DNA of 44,050 bases from an uncultured Clostridia bacterium (GTDB taxonomy: Bacteria; Bacillota; Clostridia; Oscillospirales; UBA644), in contig CALXAN010000118.1 of the NCBI GenBank assembly GCA_944386305.1, positions 1 through 44,050 on the forward strand, given 5' to 3'. Shown here piece by piece: positions 33,415 to 41,812 of the stretch. Below the pieces are notes generated by a model, which was given only the letters and a program-made list of their open reading frames with translations, searched no databases and was not told the DNA's origin. Made by a program: the position numbers and the translations under genes. How positions within the stretch are numbered: the stretch's first letter is position 1; every line of letters begins with the position of its first letter.

Positions 33415-34245
33415 ATGGAAGAAGATGTTGTAACACGTGAAAGGTCGTTTTACGCCGTTATTCCGGCTGACGTAAGATACGACGCAAACATAACCGCCAA
33501 CGCTAAGCTACTGTACGGAGAAATAACCGCGTTGTGTAATGACCGAGGGTATTGCTGGGCAAGCAATAAGTACTTCGCCGAACTGTACGGGGTGTCTGAA
33601 CGCAGCATAAGAGGCTGGATATCATCGCTTGAAGAATCTAAGTACATCGAAATATCTACTCGATACAAGGAAGACGGGAAGACAATAGATTTGCGGGCGA
33701 TAACCATTGTCCCGCCCCGGAAAAAATTTTCCACATTGGAAAAAAATTTCCAAAGAGACGGAAAAAATTTTCCAATGACCCCGGAAAAATTTTTCCATAA
33801 GAATAATACAGTATATAATAATACAAAAGAATATAAAGAAAGAAAGATAAAGAAAGAAAGTCGCACGTTCGATGAACTGATTGACAGATATTGCGAAACT
33901 GTCGACCCCTCTAACGCGAGTGTAATAAAAGGACTTTTAGGGGATTGGCTGAAAGTCCGCAAAGCAAAAAGGGCGGCTATGACGGACAGAGCTATTCAGC
34001 TGAACCTTAACAAGCTTAGTGATACCGCCGCAAAAAGCAACTTGACCGTTGAGAAATATCTTGAAGAAGTTATTATGCGCGGATGGCAGGCCTTTTATCC
34101 GATTCAAACGTGGGGACAAGCCTCCCCTTCTCGTAAAAGAATAAGGCATAACAGCGAAATAGATCAAAATGAACTTGACAAGTCCGTGCAGGACAGTTGG
34201 GAACTGATTGCATCGCAAGTCAACGAAGAGGAGACGGCGCCGTGA
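33415..34245 (+). CDS. replication initiator / DnaD-like HTH protein containing the iteron array
   Basis: It has the N-terminal winged-helix block [43 protein letters not shown]. Internal iterons lie at 33719-33797. Confidence 0.65.
   Translation: MEEDVVTRERSFYAVIPADVRYDANITANAKLLYGEITALCNDRGYCWASNKYFAELYGVSERSIRGWISSLEESKYIEISTRYKEDGKTIDLRAITIVPPRKKFSTLEKNFQRDGKNFPMTPEKFFHKNNTVYNNTKEYKERKIKKESRTFDELIDRYCETVDPSNASVIKGLLGDWLKVRKAKRAAMTDRAIQLNLNKLSDTAAKSNLTVEKYLEEVIMRGWQAFYPIQTWGQASPSRKRIRHNSEIDQNELDKSVQDSWELIASQVNEEETAP
33719..33797. repeat. four iterons (GGAAAAAATTTTCCA) = candidate phage origin
   Basis: Copies at 33719, 33738, 33760 and 33783. Each is a near-palindrome. Confidence 0.7.
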
Positions 34246-34598
34246 AGTACGGCAACAAACGAGTAATTATCGGCGGCTTCGCCTTTGACAGCCGCAAGGA
34301 AGCAAACAGATATTGCGAATTAAGACTGCTGGAGCGGGCGGGACGTATTGAAAATCTTGAACTGCAAAAGCCGTTCGAGCTGATACCGGCACAGCGCGAA
34401 CCGTCAGCGATAAGCAAGACGGGGAAAGAGAAACTCGGCAAGGTCATTGAGTTGCCCGTGAAGTATATCGCGGATTTTGTCTACACGGAGAACGGCCAAA
34501 CCGTCGTAGAGGATACCAAAGGGTTCAAAACAAAAGACTATATCATTAAGCGAAAGCTCATGTTGTATGTATACGGCTTACGTATTAAAGAAGTATAG
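34242..34598 (+). CDS. DUF1064-family protein (putative resolvase-like nuclease)
   Basis: The GTG start overlaps the stop of the rep gene. Motifs KYGNKRV...[11 protein letters not shown] and YIADFVY...VEDTKG. Confidence 0.6.
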   Translation: MKYGNKRVIIGGFAFDSRKEANRYCELRLLERAGRIENLELQKPFELIPAQREPSAISKTGKEKLGKVIELPVKYIADFVYTENGQTVVEDTKGFKTKDYIIKRKLMLYVYGLRIKEV

Positions 34599-34614
34599 TA
34601 AGGAGGATAGAAAA

Positions 34615-34848
34615 ATGACGCAATTAACAAGACATGAAATGCGCAAGCTTATCGAAGCGGGCGCGGCGGTAGATATAACGCGCGGAGACGAGGGAACGCG
34701 CAAAGAGGTTCTGCGCCGCGAGGGCGAATATAAACAGATAGCATATACCCCGAGCGTTCGGGGCTGCGGAGGCAGATTGCTGCAGGGAGTGCGCACGGGC
34801 AGACTGTACGCCATAGCCGGGCGCACAAGGGCGCTTAATATTTTTTAA
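34615..34848 (+). CDS. hypothetical phage protein
   Basis: An ATG follows TAAGGAGG. 77 aa. Confidence 0.5.
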   Translation: MTQLTRHEMRKLIEAGAAVDITRGDEGTRKEVLRREGEYKQIAYTPSVRGCGGRLLQGVRTGRLYAIAGRTRALNIF

Positions 34849-34869
34849 AAATATGGGGTATGGGTCAAG

Positions 34870-35115
34870 ATGAATGAGAATGCATATCAAATGGCGAAGT
34901 GTCCTTTTTTTGTGTCACAGAGCGGCTCAAGCATAACCTGTGAATACATGGAAAACAGCACTATTAAGCTTACATTCCAAAAAAACAAAGATAAATCGGC
35001 AAAAGAACGCTGCGCCGATTATATGATAGACTATTGCTTTACGATTCAAATCCGCGATGATATCCCTCATTGCCCTCTTTTCAAAGCGATTTGTTTCGCC
35101 GTTGGCGAGGAGTAA
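34870..35115 (+). CDS. hypothetical Cys-rich phage protein
   Basis: 81-aa ORF co-oriented in the early operon. Confidence 0.45.
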   Translation: MNENAYQMAKCPFFVSQSGSSITCEYMENSTIKLTFQKNKDKSAKERCADYMIDYCFTIQIRDDIPHCPLFKAICFAVGEE

Positions 35116-35118
35116 ATC

Positions 35119-35907
35119 ATGAATATATTTAACCTTTCATTCGGCAAGGACAGCATGGCGACGCTGATACTCGCCGCCGAGCAAGGTATACCTATTGACC
35201 GGGTAATGTATTGCGATATACGCTTCTCTCCTGATATCAGCGGGGAACACCCGCTCATGGCGGAATGGATACCGACCGCAGAAGCGCGGCTCAAAGAATT
35301 ATTTGGAGTGACGGTTGACCATACGTATAGCGGTGTCAGCTTCATCGAACAGTTTTTCACAGCCAAAAAATCAGGTGGACATATCGGTGATATATATGGT
35401 TTCCCGCATACGATCGGAGCCTGGTGCAACGACCGCCTCAAAGTCAAAGCGATAAATAAATACACCTCCCGGTTCAGGGGGGCTGATGTAGTACATTATC
35501 TCGGCATAGCATACGACGAAAAAAAACGATGGAAAAGAACAATAAAAAAATCAACCGAACAAAAAAAATACAGAAGCCTGTTGTATGAGCAGGGATTGAC
35601 TGAACATGAGGCATTTACTATATGCGAAAAATACGGGCTTCTGTCTCCCATGTACGGCAAAGACGATATATACAGGGGCGGCTGCTGGTTCTGCCCGAAG
35701 CAGTGCTACGCGGACCTGCACTCGCTATGGAGGGATTATCCCGATTTGTACTCGGAGCTGTTAAGGCTTGAGCCTTATTCGCACACCACGTTCTCCCGCA
35801 ATATGTCTCTGACTGAGCTGACAGTTCGGTTTGAGTCCGGATATATCCCCCAACGCCGCAAACGACGCACCGAACAATTAACATTGGAATCGGCAGAAAG
35901 ATATTAG
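35119..35907 (+). CDS. PAPS-reductase-like / PP-loop ATP-pyrophosphatase family protein
   Basis: An N-terminal SFGKDS PP-loop and a C-terminal GGCWFCP. Confidence 0.7.
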   Translation: MNIFNLSFGKDSMATLILAAEQGIPIDRVMYCDIRFSPDISGEHPLMAEWIPTAEARLKELFGVTVDHTYSGVSFIEQFFTAKKSGGHIGDIYGFPHTIGAWCNDRLKVKAINKYTSRFRGADVVHYLGIAYDEKKRWKRTIKKSTEQKKYRSLLYEQGLTEHEAFTICEKYGLLSPMYGKDDIYRGGCWFCPKQCYADLHSLWRDYPDLYSELLRLEPYSHTTFSRNMSLTELTVRFESGYIPQRRKRRTEQLTLESAERY

Positions 35908-35918
35908 GAAGTGAGAAA

Positions 35919-37172
35919 ATGATAAAACTCTTGCTCGGCGGCAGCCCCTGTACATACTGGAGCATCGCTCAGACGAAGAACAGAGAGACGAAACCGAGCG
36001 GCCTCGGCTGGGAACTGTTTGAAAATTACCTGACAGCGAAAGAGAAATTCAAGCCCGACTTTTACCTTTATGAAAATAACGTATCGGCGGCGGCAGAAAT
36101 CAAAAGCGAAATAAAGAAGCGTTTCGGCGTCGGAGAAACCGACGCGCGGTACATTGAAATAAACAGCGCGCTCGTATCCGCGCAGAACAGGAGACGGTTT
36201 TACGTGCACAACTGCGGCGACGTCGGCCGGCCGGCAGACCGCGGAATTGTCTTGAGAGATGTTTTGGAATCAGGCCTTCCTATGGGAGAAAAATCGTATG
36301 CTCTTACAGCGACATACAACGGAGCCGTGGCATGGAACACGCTTAAGCGCAAGCAGCGCACTATGGTTGCGGAGCCTGTTATTATATCGGGCGCCCCTAT
36401 CCCCGGCCGAATATTAGGCAGAAGAATCAATAAAAACGGGCATCGTGCAGATTATGATAAATCCGTCAAGCTGATACAGCGGTTTGAACCAAATCACAGC
36501 ATGGACAAAACGGGAACCATAACGACAGTAACAAAAGACAACATGATTGCTTTCCCCGTCCGCATAGGGACAATAGAGAATAACGCCCAACGCTCCGAAT
36601 ACGACAGCAAGCAGTATCGCGTATATAGCTGCGACGGAAAATCTACGGCGTTATGCGGAAAAGGCGGAGGAATGGGCGCGAAGACGGAGCTGTATTCTAT
36701 ACCTGAGGACGATTCAGGCCGAACCTATCCTGTATATGAAGTAAAAGACGGATATCTCGACATTAACGGCGAGGAATATCCCGTAAAGCTGCAAGACGGA
36801 AAATATATTATCCGCAAACTGACCGTGACGGAATGCTGCAGACTTCAGACATTGCCCGACGATTATTGCCGAGCGGTATCGAAAACTCAGGCATATAAAT
36901 GCCTCGGTAACGGCTGGACGGCGGAGGTTATTATCCACATTCTTAATGGCGCGCTTAAAGACGTGCCGAGGGACGAGCATATATGCGTGCTGTCCATGTA
37001 TGACGGCATCGGTACAGGCAGGTATTGCCTTGATAAAATGGGCTTCAAAAACGTCGCATATTACGCATATGAGATAGATAAGTTCGCCATCAAAGTCGCT
37101 AAGAGCAATTACCCCGACATAACGGAAATGGGAGACGCTTTTCAGGTGCGGGAACGCCCGCTGAATATATAA
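35919..37172 (+). CDS. DNA (cytosine-5) methyltransferase with circularly permuted motif order
   Basis: Motif IV GGSPC is at residues 7-11. Then come ENN (VI), QNRRR (VIII), TVTECCRLQTLPDDY (IX) and GNGW (X). Motifs I-III (LSMYDGIGTG, YAYEID, NYPD) sit at the extreme C-terminus. Confidence 0.8.
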   Translation: MIKLLLGGSPCTYWSIAQTKNRETKPSGLGWELFENYLTAKEKFKPDFYLYENNVSAAAEIKSEIKKRFGVGETDARYIEINSALVSAQNRRRFYVHNCGDVGRPADRGIVLRDVLESGLPMGEKSYALTATYNGAVAWNTLKRKQRTMVAEPVIISGAPIPGRILGRRINKNGHRADYDKSVKLIQRFEPNHSMDKTGTITTVTKDNMIAFPVRIGTIENNAQRSEYDSKQYRVYSCDGKSTALCGKGGGMGAKTELYSIPEDDSGRTYPVYEVKDGYLDINGEEYPVKLQDGKYIIRKLTVTECCRLQTLPDDYCRAVSKTQAYKCLGNGWTAEVIIHILNGALKDVPRDEHICVLSMYDGIGTGRYCLDKMGFKNVAYYAYEIDKFAIKVAKSNYPDITEMGDAFQVRERPLNI

Positions 37173-37192
37173 AACATAAAGGAGAGAAAAAG

Positions 37193-37483
37193 ATGTCTAA
37201 AATCAACTGGAGCGTAAGGCTCCGCAACCCGATGTTTTGGCTCACGGCCATACCTGCGGTCATATCGTTTGTGTACAGCATTTTGAGCCTGTTCGACATT
37301 GTGCCGCAGATAGCGGAAAGCACCGTTGTAAGCGCGGTATCTACGATAATATCCGCGCTGACCGCGCTCGGCGTGCTCGTAGACCCCACGACCAAAGGAG
37401 TAACGGACAGCCCGAGAGCTCTCACCTACACGCAGCCCTATGAATCTACGCCGGAAGGAGAGTATACAGATGCTGACGAATAA
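37193..37483 (+). CDS. holin (phiLC3-family-like)
   Basis: INWSVRLRNPMFWLTAIPA, two TM segments, and VDPTTKGVTDSPRALTY. Confidence 0.75.
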   Translation: MSKINWSVRLRNPMFWLTAIPAVISFVYSILSLFDIVPQIAESTVVSAVSTIISALTALGVLVDPTTKGVTDSPRALTYTQPYESTPEGEYTDADE

Positions 37484-38216
37484 GGATTTAGCGGATTTCT
37501 GCCTTAACAAGGCCACCCATGTCTCCTCAAAATATATGTGGGGAGATTACGGACGCACCATTACCAACACTACCATAGACCAAAAGGCCAAGCAGTACCC
37601 TACCCGATATTCTGCCGGACGAATAGCCGAGCTTAAAAAATGCACAAACGGCTACTGGATAGGCTGCGATTGCGCCGGCCTAATAAAGTGGTTCTTGTGG
37701 ACGGACAAAGGCGCGCACGATATCAGGTATAATTCCAAGACCGACCGCAACACGGGCGGGCTGTGGAACTGCGCCACGAGCAGAGGCACGATAGATACGC
37801 TGCCCGAAGTGCCGGGCATAATACTGTACAAAACGGGACATGTCGGCGTATACATAGGCGACGGCAACGCCGTCGAATGTACGCTCGGCAGCTACGGAGA
37901 CGGCATAGTTCAGTCAAAGGTAAAAGGCCGCGGCTGGACGCATTGGCTCACCATACCCGACATACAGTACGTCTACGACAATACGGACGAGCTGCCCCAA
38001 GTCGGAGACGTCGTGACTTATACGGGCGACGTGCACTACACCAACGCAAACGCCGTTACAGGCAAAAGCTGTAAAGGCGGCACGGCCAAGCTCACGCAGA
38101 TATACAAGCTCGGACAGTCCAGGCACCCCTATCACCTGATATATGTCAAAGGCTCGGGCGCGACCGTGTACGGCTGGGTCGACGCGGATAAGGTGAAGAA
38201 AATAAAGTCACTTTAA
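37470..38216 (+). CDS. endolysin: NlpC/P60-type cysteine peptidase with an SH3-like C-terminal binding domain
   Basis: The ATG follows GGAAGGAGAG and overlaps the holin end. Motifs GCDCAGLIKW (Cys), GHVGVYIGDG (His) and C-terminal HPYHL...VYGWVD. Confidence 0.75.
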   Translation: MLTNKDLADFCLNKATHVSSKYMWGDYGRTITNTTIDQKAKQYPTRYSAGRIAELKKCTNGYWIGCDCAGLIKWFLWTDKGAHDIRYNSKTDRNTGGLWNCATSRGTIDTLPEVPGIILYKTGHVGVYIGDGNAVECTLGSYGDGIVQSKVKGRGWTHWLTIPDIQYVYDNTDELPQVGDVVTYTGDVHYTNANAVTGKSCKGGTAKLTQIYKLGQSRHPYHLIYVKGSGATVYGWVDADKVKKIKSL

Positions 38217-38223
38217 GTAAAAA

Positions 38224-38261
38224 AGGGCGCTTCGCAAAAAAATCATGCGGGGCGCTCTTTT
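38224..38261 (+). terminator. terminator after the lysis cassette
   Basis: 11-bp stem including G-U pairs (GGGCGCTTCGC / GCGGGGCGCTC) followed by T5. Confidence 0.65.
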
Positions 38262-38376
38262 TCGAGGGAGAAATATATTTGTCATTGTGCTATCCTGACA
38301 ATAGATGAGAACGCAGCTGAGGCTCGACGTTCGGGAGGCGGCGGGGATATCACAATACGACGAAAGGTTGAACGTT

Positions 38377-38841
38377 ATGCCTGCGGGACGTAAAAGCAAA
38401 TACGAACAGTACGTCAAGCCGTTCCTGCCGAAAATAAAAGAGTGGAGCGCGTCGGGAGCGACGGAAAAAGAAATCTGCACGGCGTTAGGAATTGCCGTAA
38501 GCACATTCAACGATTACAAGAACAAACACTTGGAATTAACGGACGCTTTACGCACGGGGAGACAAAATGTCGTGCTTGAAATTAAGGCGGCCTTGTTTAA
38601 AAAGGCAACAGGCTTCCAGTACGAGGAACGCAAGGGCGTTAGAAGAAACGGAGAGCTTACAAACGTAGAAGTATACCAGCGGTATTGCTTGCCTGATCCT
38701 GTGGCGGCCGCAATGCTTCTGCGGAATTATGATAAGGAATGGCGCGACAAGGACACTATAACATCCGATTTGAAACAGCAGGAAATGGAATTGCGCAAGG
38801 CGATAGCCGAGGCAAATAATTTTGACTTGGAGCTGAAATAA
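38377..38841 (+). CDS. phage HTH protein of the small-terminase-like (Terminase_5-type) family
   Basis: MPAGRKSKYEQY...GATEKEICTALGIAVSTFNDYKNKH. The start is taken at the internal ATG 38377. Confidence 0.5.
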   Translation: MPAGRKSKYEQYVKPFLPKIKEWSASGATEKEICTALGIAVSTFNDYKNKHLELTDALRTGRQNVVLEIKAALFKKATGFQYEERKGVRRNGELTNVEVYQRYCLPDPVAAAMLLRNYDKEWRDKDTITSDLKQQEMELRKAIAEANNFDLELK

Positions 38842-39558
38842 TTGGAGTTTAAAAGCCTATCACAATTCTATACGTCCGGCGAATGGCGCAAATTCCGTGA
38901 AATAGTTATAGCCGAGCGCGTTAACAAGAAAGACGGCGTACTGTACGACGAGTACAGCGGCAAGCCGCTTTTGAAAAGCTATGACATAATACTGCACCAC
39001 AAGACAGAGCTGACTATGCAGAATGTCAATGACAGAAGCATTAGCCTGAATCCTGACAACATAATGATTGTGTCAATCAAGAGCCACAACGAAATACACA
39101 ATCGTTTCGGCGGGCGCGTGAAGTCATGGCAGCGCAAGGTATATTATGTGTACGGCGCACCGTGCAGCGGTAAAAGCTCTTTCGTGCGTGATAACATGCA
39201 GGCGGGCGATTTGGTTCTTGATATAGACAGGATATGGAGCGCATTAAGCGGACAGCCCGAATACATCAAGCCTAACGGGCTTAAAGACATAGTATTCAAT
39301 GTGCGCAATGCTGTATTAGACAGTATAAAGACAAGGGCAGGCTCATGGCAGACCGCTTACGTTATAGAGGGCGGGGCTTATCTTGGCGACAGAATGCGCC
39401 GTATTGAAACGCTCGGAGCGGAAGGTATACACATTGACACACCGAAAGACGAGTGTATAAGACGGCTTGCAAGTGACGAGAGCAGGCAGGCTGTACAGGC
39501 GCAGTGGATTGATTATATCAATACATGGTTCGATAGTTATCAGCCTGATAATATATAA
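38842..39558 (+). CDS. HNH endonuclease fused to a P-loop NTPase/kinase-like domain
   Basis: The TTG start follows GGAG. HNH core LHHKTEL...N...SHNEIH, then a Walker A motif, GAPCSGKSS. Confidence 0.65.
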   Translation: MEFKSLSQFYTSGEWRKFREIVIAERVNKKDGVLYDEYSGKPLLKSYDIILHHKTELTMQNVNDRSISLNPDNIMIVSIKSHNEIHNRFGGRVKSWQRKVYYVYGAPCSGKSSFVRDNMQAGDLVLDIDRIWSALSGQPEYIKPNGLKDIVFNVRNAVLDSIKTRAGSWQTAYVIEGGAYLGDRMRRIETLGAEGIHIDTPKDECIRRLASDESRQAVQAQWIDYINTWFDSYQPDNI

Positions 39559-39823
39559 AAAATAATTGTGGTGGCTATGCAAGTGCAAGGGCACAGCAAG
39601 CGCACACAGGGCGGTCAAGGGCGCGTTACTCCTTTCGCATGGGGTGGGATACCCCCCCCCATGACATAAAAATTTTCGGAGCAGAATTTAACTGTGCGCC
39701 CCTCCTCTTTTCCGTGCGGGGCAAAAAAATGAGATTTTTGAAATCAAAATCCCGAAAAATTTGAATATCGGCGCATAATCCGAAAACGCCGGAAATAACG
39801 ACGCAAAAACAGTGAGGGGTTTT
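39559..39823. other. non-coding packaging-site (cos) candidate region
   Basis: 265 nt between the HNH and terS genes. It holds a hairpin CATGGGGTGGG-ATA-CCCCCCCCCATG containing a C9 tract, GCCCC...GGGGC followed by A7, and repeated TTTTCGG/CCGAAAA motifs. Confidence 0.35.
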
Positions 39824-40138
39824 ATGAATCGACTTAAAAAACTTCAAAAGATATTTGAGAACGTTGACGAGGACAAACGGGAAGTAATCGAGCCGTTGCT
39901 TCAAGACGTTATTTTCATAGAATCGAGGCTCGCGGAGCTTCGCAATCTTCCCACGATCCGAGTACACCCGAACAATCCGGCACGACAAGAAGTAACTCCG
40001 GCGGGCAAGCAATATAAAGAATATATGCAGTCATACCTGAATGCATTGAAAGTCTTGCAAACGACGCTTTACCGCGCGGGCGAGAACGGAGAAAGCCCGC
40101 TTGTAAAAGCATTGAGAGAGTTTGAGTTTGATGGATAA
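39824..40138 (+). CDS. terS: terminase small subunit (P27 family-like)
   Basis: 104 aa. The ATG follows GAGGGG. It lies immediately upstream of TerL and overlaps it, and an HNH gene is upstream as in HK97-like phages. Confidence 0.7.
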   Translation: MNRLKKLQKIFENVDEDKREVIEPLLQDVIFIESRLAELRNLPTIRVHPNNPARQEVTPAGKQYKEYMQSYLNALKVLQTTLYRAGENGESPLVKALREFEFDG

Positions 40139-41801
40139 AACATATCTTGAACAATACGACGAGGAAATACGGAAAGGAAATATAATCGTCGGGAATTGGA
40201 TAAGAAAAGAGCTTGACAATCTGCTTGCAGATTTAAATGACCCTCGATTTATATTTGACCCCGCTCACGCATACAAGCGTTTTAAATTCCAAGAGCGTTT
40301 TTGTTTGCAAAGCAAAGCACCCTACTATATGCAACCCATAAAATTAATGCTTTGGCAAAAAGCATTTTGGGAGGCTCTTTATTCTTTTAAAATGGCGGAC
40401 ACGGGGCTGCGTCGGTTCAATGAGGCATTGCTTGAAGTTGCCCGAAAGAACGGCAAGTCAACAATGTTTGCCGCAGACGGAAACACAGACCTTTTTATAG
40501 GCGAGGGCGGCACCGATATATGCTGCGCGTCGAACGATGACAGGCAGGCAAAATTGATTTGGCGCGAAATCGGCGGCATGAGGGCAAGGCTTGACCCGAA
40601 AAAAGAAATCACGGGCGCAAACCTTGTAGAGATACGGAACGAAGCGAAGAATATAACCGTCTTTCGCTTATCGAGCAAAACCCAAAATAAAGACGGGTTC
40701 AATATAGATAAGACATACCTTGACGAATCGCACGATATCAAAGAGGAAAACAAGCAAAGCGAAATCGCGGAGGCTTGCTGGCGCGGAATGTCCAGTAAAG
40801 ACGAGCCTCTTTTCATGAATTGTACAACACAAGGGTTTAACCGCGATTGTTACCTTGACGGGAAGATAGAAACCGCAAAGGCAGTCATAAGCGGAGAGAT
40901 AGAGGACATTCATTTCTTGCCGTTCCTCTACGAGCAGGACAGTGAATCGGAAGTATGGCAAGATGAATCGAGCTGGCAGAAGTCAAACCCGTCCATTATT
41001 TACGGCGTGAAAAAGGTTGCAAAGCTGAAACGCGATATTGGGACGGCAAAGAGAGATAACGCCACGCGCATTCACCTGTTGTGCAAGGATTTCAATATCC
41101 CGCAGAACACGGCGGCGGCATGGCTCATGCTTGAAGATTATGACTATGAGCAGGAAGTCAAAAGCCTTGAAGATTTTCGCGGCTGCTTCTGCTTGGCGGC
41201 GGTTGACCTTGCCGAGACAACGGACTTGACAAACTGCAAGCTGCTGTTCATGCGTCCGAACGATGATAAGAAGTATGTATTCTCGCATTATTGGCTTCCG
41301 GCAAGCAAGCTGGACAGCTCGGACGATAAGAACGCGGGCGCGAAATACAAAGAGTGGATAAAAGACGGATATATGACCGTATGCGACGGGAACGATAACG
41401 ATTTGACGCTCGTCGCGGATTGGATAGCGGGGCTGAAAAACAAATATAATATCCGCGTCGTTAAATGCGGGTATGACGTGCGGTTTGCGCGAGACTTCAT
41501 AAATCGTATGGACGAATACGGAATTGAAACCGAAGTCATACAACAGAACCCCGCCGTTATGTCAAATCCGATGAGGTTGGTTGAGGCAGATTTAAAAAGC
41601 CGCGTAATAAATTACGGTAACAATCCCGTTGACAAGTGGTGTTTATCTAACGGCGCAATAGAGATGAACGGCAAAGGGCAAATATTATGCGTGAAAATCG
41701 GGAAACAACCGTCGCGCAGGATTGACGGAGCTGTAACGCTTATAATCTTATACGCCACTCTGCAACGGTTCAGAAGTGAATACATGAGATACGTTAAGTA
41801 A
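40131..41801 (+). CDS. terL: terminase large subunit
   Basis: About 556 aa with the Walker A-like EVARKNGKST. It has the size and position expected of a Terminase_1-type protein. Confidence 0.85.
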   Translation: MDKTYLEQYDEEIRKGNIIVGNWIRKELDNLLADLNDPRFIFDPAHAYKRFKFQERFCLQSKAPYYMQPIKLMLWQKAFWEALYSFKMADTGLRRFNEALLEVARKNGKSTMFAADGNTDLFIGEGGTDICCASNDDRQAKLIWREIGGMRARLDPKKEITGANLVEIRNEAKNITVFRLSSKTQNKDGFNIDKTYLDESHDIKEENKQSEIAEACWRGMSSKDEPLFMNCTTQGFNRDCYLDGKIETAKAVISGEIEDIHFLPFLYEQDSESEVWQDESSWQKSNPSIIYGVKKVAKLKRDIGTAKRDNATRIHLLCKDFNIPQNTAAAWLMLEDYDYEQEVKSLEDFRGCFCLAAVDLAETTDLTNCKLLFMRPNDDKKYVFSHYWLPASKLDSSDDKNAGAKYKEWIKDGYMTVCDGNDNDLTLVADWIAGLKNKYNIRVVKCGYDVRFARDFINRMDEYGIETEVIQQNPAVMSNPMRLVEADLKSRVINYGNNPVDKWCLSNGAIEMNGKGQILCVKIGKQPSRRIDGAVTLIILYATLQRFRSEYMRYVK

Positions 41802-41812
41802 TAGGGGGAGAC

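Noticed and set aside
39626-40012. 128-aa minus-strand ORF spanning the HNH-terS gap.
   Set aside because: It is antisense to the terS start, crosses the C9 hairpin region, and has no RBS. It is more likely an accidental open frame.
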